Source: Mytilus trossulus (taxonomy: Eukaryota). Taken from it: a stretch of 64,000 nucleotides of DNA. Below are positions 21,717 through 34,072 of this stretch, one piece after another. The notes beneath the pieces were generated by a model. It was given only the letters and a program-made list of their open reading frames with translations, did not search any database and was not told the origin of the DNA. The position numbers and the translations under genes were made by a program. The stretch lies in assembly GCF_036588685.1 (NCBI RefSeq), contig NC_086380.1:15562001-15626000 (forward strand), in the 5' to 3' direction. How positions within the stretch are numbered: position 1 is the first letter of the stretch; every line of letters starts with the position of its first letter.

Positions 21717-24700
21717 TAGGAGTTCGAGTCTACCATCAGCTAAGGCTTAAGGTATACTGCCGGAAGCGTATATGTGTGTGGTTTACAGTGCAATTTCATG
21801 TGTTATTACAAGTCCATTACAAGTTTTACAACTCGAATATTTTTAACCAAACACAATAACCAAAGTTCTGCAACTCGTCTTAATGCTAATATTGGCGCCT
21901 TTTCAATATCAGACTTTAGACGTGATGAAGGGTCGAGCCAATATTTGCATTAAACTTGTTTTAGTGTGGTCGGTTTCACAAACTTGATTTCTAAATCTCG
22001 TATATCGGGGTGTAAGACCACTCACGTGCTTGCAAAATACTCCTCGCAAAACGCGATTGGAAACGAGAATTTTTTAATTGCAGTCTTATTTCGTGCTTGA
22101 ATTAGCTAATTGATAAACACCATCAATTTCATACAAGTCGTAATACTAGTAAGCAGTAGAATCATGTCATGAAAATCATAATTTGTAAACGCAATTTAAA
22201 GAGAAAGATAATAGGCATACAATTGTTAGCAACAGCATAAACATTACATAACTTCACTAGATGAGCATTTCGACAATTAATTTCTCTTCAGTAGTGCATG
22301 TGGCCAAAAAATTTGAAAGAGCTGATCAAATCAAGAAGTGCCTAAAGTATAATGAGTCTTTTCTTATACAGCTGGATAAGAAACACCAGTTTATCAAGCA
22401 TTCTGCAGTGTACATCATACTCTTACTTTTGAAGTGATAACATTTATTGACAGTCATGGTCAAGTTTTGATGTATATTTCCGAGGCAATAAATCATCAGC
22501 GTTTGATACATTGAGAGATAAATAAATGACCACATCTGTAGTTAGAGGGTCACCGATAGTAGTTTTGAAGGACACAGTTACACAATGTAAAGCGTATTGT
22601 GATGTTTTTCTTCTTTTCGTATAAATCAAGGGTATAACAGTACAATATATATAGCTCATAGTATATACGAGTCTAAATTGAAAACTACGTTCAAACCTAT
22701 GATTGCGTTGGATAAAAACCGCAATTTTTATACGTGTGCATGTAAAACAAATTTCGTTGTAGAAGGGTCTAAAAACAGCACAAACAACATTTTCCAAAAA
22801 AAAAGAAAGTGAAAAAGTATATTTAAACAAAACGCATTTGACTAACAGGTCGAACAACTGATGTTCTTTAACCCTGCTGACTGCCTTTGGCGATTGCCAA
22901 ATAAAATTGATCACAAGATGTAACAAAATGGATCTCAATATATATTTAATACTAAACAGGAACAAATTTTTAACTTGTTACCACGATGTTATGCCACAAA
23001 CATACGGTGTCAATATTTTTTTTATTTTTTTTTTTCACAATATATATATATACATATCGTGAGCTATTGGAGTCTTGGAGAATAATGGGTGTAATGGCGC
23101 AAAATATTTTACCCTGTAAGTTCTCAATCTATCTTAGATGAGTTGGTATACACATTGCTAAGGAGTAAGACGATGGAATGTCATGAGTATGGTTTATAAA
23201 CATATCCATTTAAAACGAAATACATATTTACGGAATAATCAAATTCATGAATACAATACTTCTTCTTGTATCAAGTAGGGATTGTCGATTTCAAAGAGGC
23301 AAAGTTTCTAGAAATACATTTATAAACAGTTTTATTTTTCTGAGTTTGCAAACACACGAAACATCTGAAACTTAATTAAAGAACTCGTACTTATCTTTAA
23401 CGTAAAAGCCTCATTTTTTCAAAACGTTGAAACTAAAACATAAATCAAGGTATCAATTTTAAAATGTTTAACGCCTTATCACAAGGGATAATAAATAAAA
23501 CTATTATAAATAATACCTATAGCAGAATGTTAGCAGTTGATAAAAACATAACAAAAGAACCTTCTCTGACCATATCAATCGTGTGTCCTACACTCTATAG
23601 CTAGTATCAGTGCCGAATGAACGTTGGGGTATATATTGCATGCAGCATTAATAATGCAGCAAACACTGTGCAATGCCTTTACAAATTTAAGATTTCTCTG
23701 CAAACTATTAAAAGATACATCGATCTCGTTGTTGTTTCATGCCATAAATAAGCTAATTGGTATTAACCCAACCCCACAACGGCTGTAATAATGGAACTAT
23801 AAAAAATAAAATCATAACTCGTAAACGCATTTTTAAAGAAATATGTAACGGGTACGGCCAAAGTACTAATTTCACTGCAATAAAATCAACGGTACCAATT
23901 TTGCAACATATGTACTTTTCGACAATTAATTTCAAAAAACCTTTGAAATTCCAAAACTTATACAAACGTTGGTAAGCTTATCAAAACCAACAAGGATCTA
24001 AAGTATTAACTTTACAATAATTTTTCTCACTTATAAAGCTGGGTATGAAACACCCTTCTAATCAATCACCCTACAGTGTAAATTATACACTTAAGTTAGT
24101 GGTCATTTGTTATTACATTTATCAACAACAGTCTTGGTCAAGTTTTGATGTGTACTTCAGAGGCAAAAAAATCATCAAGCTTTGATATAGTGAGAGATAT
24201 AAAGTAAATGACCGCCTAGAAGGGCATAGATGATATTATTGATATACACGGTTGTACTATATTTAACAAGCGTATTGATGTTTATGTTTCACAAACACCA
24301 ATGACACATATAACCGTTCAATTGAATAAGATTTTATATGTGGATTTCTTAAAATTACTTTTATTTGAATATATATTCAGAATTTTGATGAAGATGTGAA
24401 ATGATTGCATGCGACTGATACAGATATTCACCGTAGATCAAATGGCGCAGATGTAAGCAGCTATAAGTAGTCATATGACATCAAAAATAAACATATCTCA
24501 TACAGTAAGCTAAATACATCCTCGATATGGAAAATTGTAAAAAAAATCATATGAGAAAACCAAGGACTTTGTTCATGCACAACTCACAAACGACCACGAC
24601 AACTGAATTACAGTTTCTTGGACAAGAAGAGAAAGAATGGAGTGGAGCATTTAAACATTTTTGCGAGTAAATCAGCCGTTCCCTAACCTGGGACAGTGAT

Positions 24701-24970
24701 GCAAACAGGTCTATGTATATCCCAATTCTTTGAAGAAAAAACACTATGTACGTAAAAACTGAGAGAAATCAGAGTTACTGACAGCTAGTTCAAGGCCAAT
24801 ATCAACTAATACAAATCAAGTATTTAAAACTTAAAGTCTTTTTGCTAGTTTTTTGAGTGATTAATTAGTAAAACATTTTCCAGGTTACTTCTCACCAGAA
24901 CAATTTCAAACTTCGTAAGAGGAATAAAAGGACGATGATGATGCATTGGATGAGTACATACCTTGGACAA

Positions 24971-25369
24971 TAATATTAACGGAACCAATTATCCTGCACC
25001 AGATGCGCATTTGACAATACATGTCTCTTCAGTGATGGTCGTGGCCAAAATATTTGAAATCCAAAGCTTATATAAAAGATGAAGAGCTATAATCCAAACG
25101 GTTCAAAGAGTATAGCCCAATCTGTGAAAGGAATCCGAGCTTTTCATGAGGCATAATTTATAATAATTTTTACATTTTGTAACAGCAAATTTTAATAACA
25201 CAGACAAAAATCCGTAGTATTTTCATGCCAGTACCGTACTGGCTACTGGGATAGTGATACCCTCGGGGACTAACAGTACACCAGCAGAACTATCGACCCA
25301 GTGGTAGTAGTTACATTAACGGTACCAATTGTACATGTCTCTTCAGTGATGCTCGTGGTCAAAATATTT
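24971..25369 (-). mobile_element. Duplicate of the 1.3-mer retrozyme-like element; both hammerheads damaged
   Basis: Flanked by (TT)GGACAA. The 24996-25038 motif lacks G12, and the second motif (~25330-25352) has lost GAAA and stem III. Confidence 0.75.
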
Positions 25370-25388
25370 GGACAACAGTTACGTGAGT

Positions 25389-25925
25389 GATACATACTCA
25401 GCTAAATACGATATATGGAGGTATGAAGTATTATGCTTAGTCAAAAGCCGTTATACTCACGAAACTATCAAGATGGCAATAAGAAAGTAACTAAAGGGAA
25501 ATGCTGCAGTAATATCAATGAGATTATGAGAAAATGCAACAATAGATTAGACTATCGATAGTACGGATAGTATCTTTGGTTCGGTTTTTTCAGTAGAAGC
25601 GCTGCTTGGGCAATTTTATACTGCAAGACAACAAGAAGTGAAGACGAAGATGACGAAGATGACGCATCATGGGGATGTCGCCTAGAAGATATTTTACGAA
25701 AAGCAACATACAGAGGGAAAGTTAAACAAGAGGATACAAACAGTATGCTTATATCTACATTTGAAGGACTTAGACCTGACATCAAGAACATTGGAAGATA
25801 CGAAATGGATTCATTTAAAGAGTTTGAACTAATGTTGAAAACATTTCCAAATTTAGAGAAGGAAAACAATCTTGGACAAAAGAAAGAAACCACAGCTGAA
25901 AATAAGTCCTTTACTACTAATATTT
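25389..25925 (+). pseudogene. Ty3/Gypsy gag (PNMA-like capsid) relic, copy 2
   Basis: DTYSAKYDIWRYEVLCLVKSRYTHETIKMAIRK*LKGNAAVISMRL*ENATID*TIDSTDSIFGSVFSVEALLGQFYTARQQE/fs/EDDASWGCRLEDILRKATYRGKVKQEDTNSMLISTFEGLRPDIKNIGRYEMDSFKEFELMLK. Confidence 0.8.
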
Positions 25926-26440
25926 AAATTATTTGAAGGTTCGATCGATTTACACGGATCCCATCGTGATTTCCGATCTTTAAGCACAATGTTACCATAA
26001 AATTTAGGATGTGAAATACCGATTTTAATAATAAAATGGACATTGGAAATGGGTATTGAGTTTCCCTTTAGAAACTGAAATATGTCAAGCTAGAAAAGGA
26101 CAACTACTGCTGTTTATGTTAGATTTAGTTAAAGTAAGTTTCTTTGGGTACATTTTGGTAGTATATCTACAGAACTCTGTTAAAAATAGCAGACTGAACA
26201 TGTTTCTTACCTTAGATATAAATCAGCACACATTAAATGAATGTAGCATAAAGTCGTTATAAACAGTCTGAGATTGCCATAACTTTGTGTAATGACAAAG
26301 TATAGGGATCAACAGAATGATGTATCTTAAATTTTCACAACTATATTTAGTTATGTTTTGTTTATTAATAACAAAATTGATGTAAGTACCAGTACAACAA
26401 CAATTAATAGTTATCAAAAGTACCAGGATTATAATTTAAT

Positions 26441-26484
26441 ACGCCAGACGCGCGTTTCGTCTACACAAGACTCATCAGTGACGC
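26441..26484 (-). ncRNA. Minimal type I hammerhead ribozyme, family A, fully intact (within repeat 26406-26693)
   Basis: Minus strand GCGTCA-CTGATGA-GTCT tgtgt AGAC-GAAA-C GCGC G-TC/TGGCGT. Palindromic GCGC loop III and GUC cleavage site. Confidence 0.9.
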
Positions 26485-27154
26485 TAAGATAAAAACAGTT
26501 AAAAGCCAAACAAATGTTGAAGAGCATTGAGGACCCAAAATTCCAAAAAGTTGTGCCAAATACGGCCAAGGTAATGTACTTCTGGAGGTAAGAAAATCCT
26601 TAGTTTTTCAAAAAATTCAAAGTTTTGTTAACTGAAAATTTATAAAAATTACCATATAATTCATATTCATGTCAACACCGAAGTGCTGACTACTAGATTT
26701 GTTTATAGTCTGCTTGAATCAAATAGTTTTTAAGCAAGGACAGATGATCATAAACTCATTCAGCAATCTATAACTTCTATGAATGATTAAATTTCATCAA
26801 ATATACCAGGCTGCCAATTTGGTATGGCAGGATTAATGTAGATTAAAACTTAAAACTTCTTACTTTTTGGTTAAATTACGGTTTATTATATTGTGTAAAG
26901 TGTTCATCCTTCGCGGTGTTTATTTAACAGGTACCTAATATAACATATTCTGTTATTTACAAAACATTTTTGGTTCACCTTAAATATATCCTCATAACCA
27001 CCCCTCGTCGACGTGAACGCATGTTCCATGTTTATATAATATATGAATACGTCAAAATACTTGACAGCTAAACGAATGACATTCTCTTTTTTCATAACCA
27101 AGGGTTAATATTGAGATATATATAAATGCATAAGACTATAACTTTTACATGATG

Positions 27155-27491
27155 ATGAGTGTTATAAAAATGCTTGTAATATGAGTGTTATAAAAATGCT
27201 TGTAATATGAGTGTTATAAAAATGATTGTAATATGAGTGTTATAAAAATGCTTGTAATATGAGTGTTATAAAAATGCTTGTAATATGAGTGTTATAAAAT
27301 TGCTTGTAATATGAGTGTTATAAAAAATGTTTGTAATATGAGTGTTATAAAAATGCTTGTAATATGAGTGTTATAAAAAATGATTGTAATATGAGTGTTA
27401 TAAAAATGCTTGTAATATGAGTGTTATAAAAATGCTTGTAATATGAGTGTTATAAAAATGCTTGTAATATGAGTGTTATGAAATACTTGTA
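27155..27491. repeat. 26-bp minisatellite (ATGAGTGTTATAAAAATGCTTGTAAT)n, about 13 units
   Basis: Direct periodicity. Confidence 0.95.
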
Positions 27492-27981
27492 GTATTTCAT
27501 ATGGATTCTCGCAATGATTTCGCTAAATAAACTGGTTTTTTTTTAAACATTCAGCTATCCTGGAAAAAAATTGTTGCTGATCTAATATTTATACATGCAA
27601 TTGTATCACATACCAGATGTATCTAATTTTATTATAGTATAAAAAAAAATATGGTATGATTGTCAATAAACTGCTTTTCATCTCCGTCGTTTGGTCCGTT
27701 GCTTTTTGTTTTTTTTTTAGTTCATATGCTATCCATGTTTAAAAAGAATATCACTTTTTCGTTTATCAAAATCAATTGTACTAGTCTTCCTTTGCTTAAA
27801 TACATGATCAGTATAATTGACTTATCGAGCCTGTATATAAAACAATATGTTAGCCCCAGGCCACGTCATTAACATAAAACTTACATGGTTTGAAAAGTAT
27901 ACAAAATATACAATTATGAATATTTGTCGCCACTAGGGGAAAGTCCTGTCTATATATGATGACATACAAATACAGGATATA

Positions 27982-28212
27982 ATGACAAAAATGCAGAATA
28001 TAAAATGGATAATTGCTCTGTTAGTGATAATAATTCTTCTTTTGTTAACTTTTCATTACTCTGTCCTGGAATCTACAACGACAACAACAATGGAATACCG
28101 TGAGAGCGATCACATACCGTTAGGTATTATAAACCAAATAGTTAACCAACGGAATCTACTGTCGCAACAGTTAAACGATGCCAGGAAAACAATTGGACAA
28201 CTTCAATGTGAG
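27982..28212 (+). CDS. Type II membrane SAM-dependent methyltransferase-like protein, exon 1 (signal anchor plus coiled-coil stem)
   Basis: MTKMQNIK-WIIALLVIIILLLLTF TM segment, Thr-rich linker, heptad stretch. Donor GAG|GTAATA at 28213, phase 0. Confidence 0.8.
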
Positions 28213-28391
28213 GTAATATATCTTTCTTTTAAAAAAATATCATGATTCCATTAAACGTTTAGCAAAAACTTCAAACTTTAATGGGTTTAGTTGGATAAAA
28301 CAGGCCTTTCGACATTTGCCGTGTGAGGGCCTTATATGTCTTGCTGATCAGTATGGATTTTGCTCATTGTTGTAGACCGCATGGTGACCTA

Positions 28392-28509
28392 CAGTGGCGG
28401 ATCCAGAACTTTTCCTAAGGGGGGCCTCTGACTGCCCTAAGGGAGGCCGCTCCAGTCATGCTTCAGTGATTTCCTATACAATCAACCCCCACACCTGGAT
28501 CCGCCTATG
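28392..28509. mobile_element. Short MITE with 5-bp TSD
   Basis: CAGTGGCGGATCCAG...CTGGATCCGCCTATG flanked by ACCTA on both sides. Splits the common repeat GGTGACCTATAGTTG. Confidence 0.75.
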
Positions 28510-28639
28510 ACCTATAGTTGTCTTTACATTCTTTGGAATTTGGTGGAAAGTTGGCGTTTATATCTTCTTATTTTTTATAGTGTGAGTTTGTTCTGATGCT
28601 GATGATTTTCTTTTTATGACGTTGCTTTGTTGCTATATT

Positions 28640-28885
28640 GTGCTAGCTTTAATGTACTGTGAGCTAGCTTTAATGTACTCTGAGCTAGCTTAAATGTACT
28701 GTGAGCTAGCTTTAATGTACTGTGAGCTTGCTTTAATGTACTGTGAGCTAGCTTTAAAGTACTGTCAGCTAGCTTTAATGTACTGTAAGCTAGCTTCAAT
28801 GTACTGTGAGCATGCTTTAATGTACTGTGAGCTAGCTTTAATGTACTGTGAGCTTGCTTTAATATACTGTGTGCTAGCTTTACTT
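28640..28885. repeat. 21-bp minisatellite (GCTAGCTTTAATGTACTGTGA)n, about 11 units, intronic
   Basis: Direct periodicity; produces 7-aa repeat ORFs on both strands. Confidence 0.95.
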
Positions 28886-29203
28886 TACGGTGGGCTTGCT
28901 TTCGGTAATAACAGATAGCGTTTTAAATTGATCGTAAGCATACTGAATTGTTCATAACTTAATACTATCAATCCTAGTCGTAATAATTTTTGTTAGTAAA
29001 ATCGACATCTGTTTATTTTTTAGCATTTTATTTTATTTTAATTTTTTTTCTTTTCATTATTACACATGTTACATATCTATTGTCTCAATATAGAATATAT
29101 TTAGAATATAGATTTGTTTCAGTTTTGATTTCAACAGAACGTAACACTTCAAGTATGCATTGAAAGAACTACTATTTATTTCAATACCCGGACATTATCA
29201 CCA

Positions 29204-29447
29204 TACATTTGAAATACATCATGTTAGTTTGGCCGACGTACTGTTATTTTGCACAGGGACTCGGTTAGCAGACTAAAATTTTGTTACTCAATGTTTTTTT
29301 TTTTTTTAATTTAATACAAATAGACAGAAAATACTACAAGAAAAATTAATAAAACATTGAGTAACAAAATGTAAATCTGCTATTTCCGAGTCCCTGTGCA
29401 AAATAACCGCGTCGGCCAAACTATTAACACGATGTATTTCAAAAGTG
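29204..29447. repeat. ~70-bp inverted repeat pair (29204-29275 / 29373-29447)
   Basis: TTTGAAATACATC..AGTTTGGCCGACG..GTTATTTTGCACAGGGACTCGG versus CCGAGTCCCTGTGCAAAATAAC..CGTCGGCCAAACT..GATGTATTTCAAA. Confidence 0.8.
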
Positions 29448-29659
29448 TTATTTTGCATTCTAATGAAGATAAAGTAAAAAATTTTTACCAAGACCACATG
29501 ATAACTTTTCAATTGGGAATAACCAAATCTATCATAATCACACGACTTCACCTGACATATAGCAGACATGTTTTATGTATAACAAGAAACAATTACTGTC
29601 CATATAACAATAATTATCATACAAACAAATACAACTATTTGTCACCGAATATTAAAAAC

Positions 29660-29900
29660 AAAATGCATTTAAAAATTCATATTAATTCCTGTGGAATGCT
29701 TCTACTCCATTTTGGTACGTCCTGTTGTAGATACAGTTTCAGCCCATACGGATGGTGGGAACAAAGCACTGTGTCATCAGCAATATGTGGCTAAAACATA
29801 ATCAGCAAAAGCTTCTATTTTCTTTTCTTTTGGCATATCTTGTAATAGATATCCAGCAAAGCAATAACTTGTCTTCTCTCTCTGTGTGCATGATCTGTCT
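29660..29900 (-). mobile_element. Mutator/MULE-like transposase C-terminal relic
   Basis: Minus strand LLQDMPKEKKIEAFADYVLATY...LFPPSVWAE....RT/fs/NGVEAFHRN, the F-DY...Y / FPP..W / RTNN-EAFH pattern. Confidence 0.7.
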
Positions 29901-30356
29901 AATGCATTGCAAGTCATTTCTCTCCAGATGCTCATCTTCATGGTGAAATATCTCCTAACATAATTATGATACTTTTTAAGCAAAAGATAAGAATAAATAT
30001 CAATCATTAATATTTATGATAGATATGTGTGCAGGTAAATTGGCGCAAATGAATTCCGAATATTGGCGCAATTGATACATTTGGAAAACAAAATTTGGCG
30101 GAAATACCCCTGAAAAACAGTAATTGGCGCAAAAGGACTGCTGTCAAAAATTGTACCAAACTGAAATGATAAGTCATGAACAAGCTCATCATGTCCTCAT
30201 AGTCCAGAGAGCCGACACTCAAAAGCTGCAAAAGCTTGATTTTGCCGCTATTATTGTCGTCTGAAACTTCGGTCATTTTGGTGAACGTAATGTCATGTAA
30301 ACGTATTGTCATGTAAATAAACTCATTACAGACACTAGGACTAATATTTTATATTT

Positions 30357-30392
30357 ACGCCAGACGTCTACCAAAGACTCATCAGTGACGCT
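30357..30392 (-). ncRNA. Hammerhead motif, family A, internal deletion (inactive), within repeat ~30315-30520
   Basis: GCGTCA-CTGATGA-GTCT ttggt AGAC-GTC-TGGCGT: GAAA and loop III are deleted. Confidence 0.65.
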
Positions 30393-30564
30393 CTAATAAA
30401 AAAATGTTTAAAAGGCCAAATAAAGTACGAAGTTGAAGAGCATTGAGAACCAAAAATTCCTAAATATTTTGCCAAACACTTTACCTGAGGTAGAAAAACC
30501 ATAGGTTTTTAAAAAAAAAGTTATCGTAATCATTAATTTAATATAATATTTAACATTTTTACAG

Positions 30565-31179
30565 AAATCCGACCAAAAGACCAATTCTCAAGGAGGGTGG
30601 TGTAAACAAGCGAGTACAGAAACAGGCGGCGAACATATGACGGACATGACACTGGTCAAAGCATTAGCATATTTCCTGAAAAATAAAAGTATTGGCAGCT
30701 TCGGTGACGGTCCTGGTGCATACAAGAGAGAAATTCTTAAACTTGGGCTCGTACAATCATACACCTCCTTTGACGGAGCACCCTATTGTGAAGAAACAAG
30801 CGAAGGCCGAGTTGTTTTTATGGATTTAACAATTCCTCAGTATGGCATACAGCAATTTGATTGGATATTATCTTTAGAAGTTGCTGAACATATACCCAAA
30901 GCATACGAGAATATATATTTAGATAATATATTCAGACATGCAAAAGAGGGTATAATACTGAGTTGGGCAGTGCCTGGACAGGGAGGACTCAGTCATATAA
31001 ATAATCAACCTTTACAACATGTTGTAGATGTTATGGAGAAAAATGGATTTACAATAGATCAAAGTATATCCAAAGTTCTCCAAGACTCAGCAGAACTGCC
31101 TTGGATTAAAAGTAATATGTATGTTTATAGAAGACACCAGCACAGTGTGAATAGCACGTATAAAGATTTGTTTGTGTAG
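30565..31179 (+). CDS. Type II membrane SAM-dependent methyltransferase-like protein, exon 2 (catalytic domain); spliced product 281 aa
   Basis: Acceptor TTTTTACAG|AAA at 30565, in frame with the ORF at 30637. Motif I SIGSFGDGPGAY, acidic FDG, MDLT, FDWILSLEVAEHIP, GIILSWAVPGQGG-SHIN. Confidence 0.85.
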   Translation, partial: KSDQKTNSQGGWCKQASTETGGEHMTDMTLVKALAYFLKNKSIGSFGDGPGAYKREILKLGLVQSYTSFDGAPYCEETSEGRVVFMDLTIPQYGIQQFDWILSLEVAEHIPKAYENIYLDNIFRHAKEGIILSWAVPGQGGLSHINNQPLQHVVDVMEKNGFTIDQSISKVLQDSAELPWIKSNMYVYRRHQHSVNSTYKDLFV

Positions 31180-32153
31180 AAATACCGTTCGCAATACTAA
31201 TATTTCAGTTTGCATTTGAAATCCACATTTTTGTAACTTTTATTCTACAATACACAGATTTGCTGTATAAAAACATACATCAGTTGTACAATTGACATAA
31301 TGAATGATTATAACCTTAGTACATGCATTGTTTACAGTTTGCCTGGAGATGTATACACTTGTAACCAAATAATCGTTTATACATGGTAAAACAGAATGTA
31401 CGATATGCAACATAAACTCACATTCCCTCATTGATACTAAACCAGTGCTATTGTTTTTGGAACGACCAATCACCATTTTACTCTGAAGACGAATTCGGGT
31501 TGGGATTATGATTTTTCTTTTTTTTTAAATGCTGATTCCTTTTTTTTTGTTACACTATACATTTGCATTAAGCAGAAGGAATAACTGTATGATTGCTAAT
31601 AAAAAAAAGAAAACAAATTCTGTAAAATTGATATTCCATTTGTTTTCTCCGTCACTTCTTCTTCCATTGTGAATTATAAAGACTACCTGGACTTGATAAA
31701 ATTTTAACATATTTAATCATGCATTGTAATTCTGCATGTTTAATAACAATTTCCAAGATCTACAATGATATATCTTGATTATTGGTGCATATTTCTAGCC
31801 GGAGGAAATAATTGTAAAATTATCATGTCTGTATGTAAATAATATTCATAATATGTTAATGAGTTTCAGTATTATGGTATTATTGAACACCATAAGAATG
31901 CCTATGGTAAAACAAAAAGTAAAAATTTTCATATAAAAAAGAGAAAATAGTAAGGCTGTTTTTGTGTTTAAATTTGAATGAAAGTTTAATATCAAATGTT
32001 TAGAGCAATCATTTTGTTTATTATTTTCAACGTATTTTCTCCTTTTTTTGGCTAGTCAAAAGGGTGGTATAGGGCTAAAAAAATGATTCTCCAATTTTCA
32101 ATTTTTATTCTAAGTTTCCTTATAACATAAAATGCAGAATATATTCAACATTA

Positions 32154-32436
32154 GGCAGCAACCATTTGATTTTCGGGGGGGGGGGCTTTGATTTTTTTTT
32201 CTACGCAAACTTTTATTTAGCCTTCGGCGAAAAACGATCTATTTTTTGACGACAAGATGAAAACAATTTTTCTTTCAATTTTAGATTTACATATAGTGGC
32301 AGCTAAGGGTGAAACAAGCAATTTTTTTTCTCAGGGTCAAAACATATAATTGTTTCTCCAAAAAATGGATACAAACTTTTTTTCCAAAAAAAAATAAAGC
32401 CCCCCTCCCCCCCCCGAAAATCAAATGGTTGCTGCC
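32154..32436. mobile_element. PIF/Harbinger-like MITE
   Basis: TIR GGCAGCAACCATTTGATTTTCGGGGGGG / CCCCCCCGAAAATCAAATGGTTGCTGCC; TTA on both flanks. Confidence 0.9.
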
Positions 32437-33401
32437 TTATGAGAGCGTCAGAGAAGTGAAATATTTTTCGATGAATGTTTTGTATCGAGTAAACTGCCAT
32501 AACTGAACAGATCATACATTTAATGTTAGATTCTTGAATGAGCTTCATAATGGATTTGGAAGTGAAATTCTGCATATGGTTTTATTCATGTTGTTTAGAA
32601 GATTTGTATTATATCATAGATTGGGTACGAAAGTGAGAATTGTTGTAACAAAAATTTGAGCTAAAAATGTGTACATGTTGATTTAAAACTGTTAAAAAAT
32701 AAGCTTAATGAATTTAGTGATGATTGACTTGTTTTTACTTGAATCCATATTTTCGGCAAGCTAGAATGACTATACTTAAATAGCAAAAGACATTGGACCA
32801 TTTTGAGAGAGGACTATAATCGTACAAAATAAGCCATACATAATCATGCATCATCGGGTCAAAATGCAATTTCAAAGTTAAAAACGTCGTTTAAATTAAT
32901 TAAGTTCCTCTATAATTACAGCTATCCATCAAAAACATGTACCAATCAGTCATTGTTGACGGATTTAAACATATGCACACTCTAGTTGTCACACGACTTA
33001 CTGATTTTTCTTTGTCATGTCTCAATATTCAAAAAATAAAAACATACGAAAGAAAAATTATAAAAATGGAAACAGTGAGGTGTGGTGTGGTTTTCATGAG
33101 AAAATTATTCGCTCTGAAATCAAATGGAGTTAACGTTGTATTGTAGTTACATATGTATACAGTGGATGTCACTAGTTGATAAGAATCTAATGACCTTTTC
33201 AGAGCTCCTGAGATCGGCAGGGGATAGTTTTGCTCAGTCTATTAAAGTTGGGCTGTGTAGCTTTGTATACCGTGGGTTTTTAACAATTTTTGTTTGGCCG
33301 TAGTGTTTTTTACTGAAGATTTTTTTTTGTTTTTTTGTTTTGCATGTTTTCAATGCTCTTCAACTTTGCACTTGTTTGGCTTTATAAATATTTTGATATG
33401 A

Positions 33402-33445
33402 GCGTCACTGATGAGTCTTATGTAGACGAAACGAGCGTCTGGCGT
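33402..33445 (+). ncRNA. Minimal type I hammerhead ribozyme, family A, intact core
   Basis: GCGTCA-CTGATGA-GTCT tatgt AGAC-GAAA-C gagc G-TC/TGGCGT. Predicted cleavage after 33439; loop III is GAGC instead of GCGC. Confidence 0.88.
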
Positions 33446-33829
33446 ACAAAATTAAAATCCTGGTTCTACCGTACCTTAGGATTCAGTATTCGGAAAGATA
33501 AGCACAGTTGAACTAAACACATATTCGGACGAATCACATTCTTCTTTCAAAAGGTCACATTTGTTATGTAAATCGGTATCTCTCATCTGTTTTGTCGTCA
33601 CTGAACCTGTACAGAAGTTTTTTTTCTTTATTTCTAACTTGTGTTGATTTTTTTTGTGTGTATCTTTTATTATTCCAATAATAGTTATTTTGATATCGAC
33701 ACTTGGTTAGACTTCGTAAAGCTGTCCAAAGGTTAAAGACACTAGTCTAGATTTCTGAAAAATATAGAGCTTGTCAAATGGTATAGACACTTGCATTAGG
33801 CTCTGAAAGATGTAGAACTTGTCATATTG

Positions 33830-34072
33830 TTTACACATGTAAAGATTCGGAAAGACATATAGCGTGTGGTATGGTTTAGAGTTTAGACACTTGTAAAGAT
33901 TCGGAAAGATATATAGCGTGTGGTATGGTTTAGACACTTGTAAAGATTCGGAAAGATATATAGCGTGTGGTATGGTTTACACACTTGTAAAGAATCGCAA
34001 AGATATATAGCGTGTGGTATGGTTTACACACTTGTAAAGAATCGCAAAGATATAAAGCGGTTAAGACACTTG
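33830..34072. repeat. 47-bp minisatellite, about 5 units
   Basis: ACACTTGTAAAGATTCGGAAAGATATATAGCGTGTGGTATGGTTT repeats. Confidence 0.9.

Larger units (their letters stand above)
21813..26955 (+). repeat. Segmental duplication copy 2 (paralogous to 7926-13026)
   Basis: Colinear match. Has an extra ~400-bp insert at ~22645-23045 in a TA run and lacks ~9065-9470 of copy 1. Confidence 0.95.

Noticed and set aside
22444-22965. 173-aa ORF
   Set aside because: Spans the junction of a copy-specific insertion and is not preserved in the paralogous copy.
28614-28918. 7-aa repeat ORFs resembling coiled coils
   Set aside because: Translation of an intronic 21-bp minisatellite, open on both strands.
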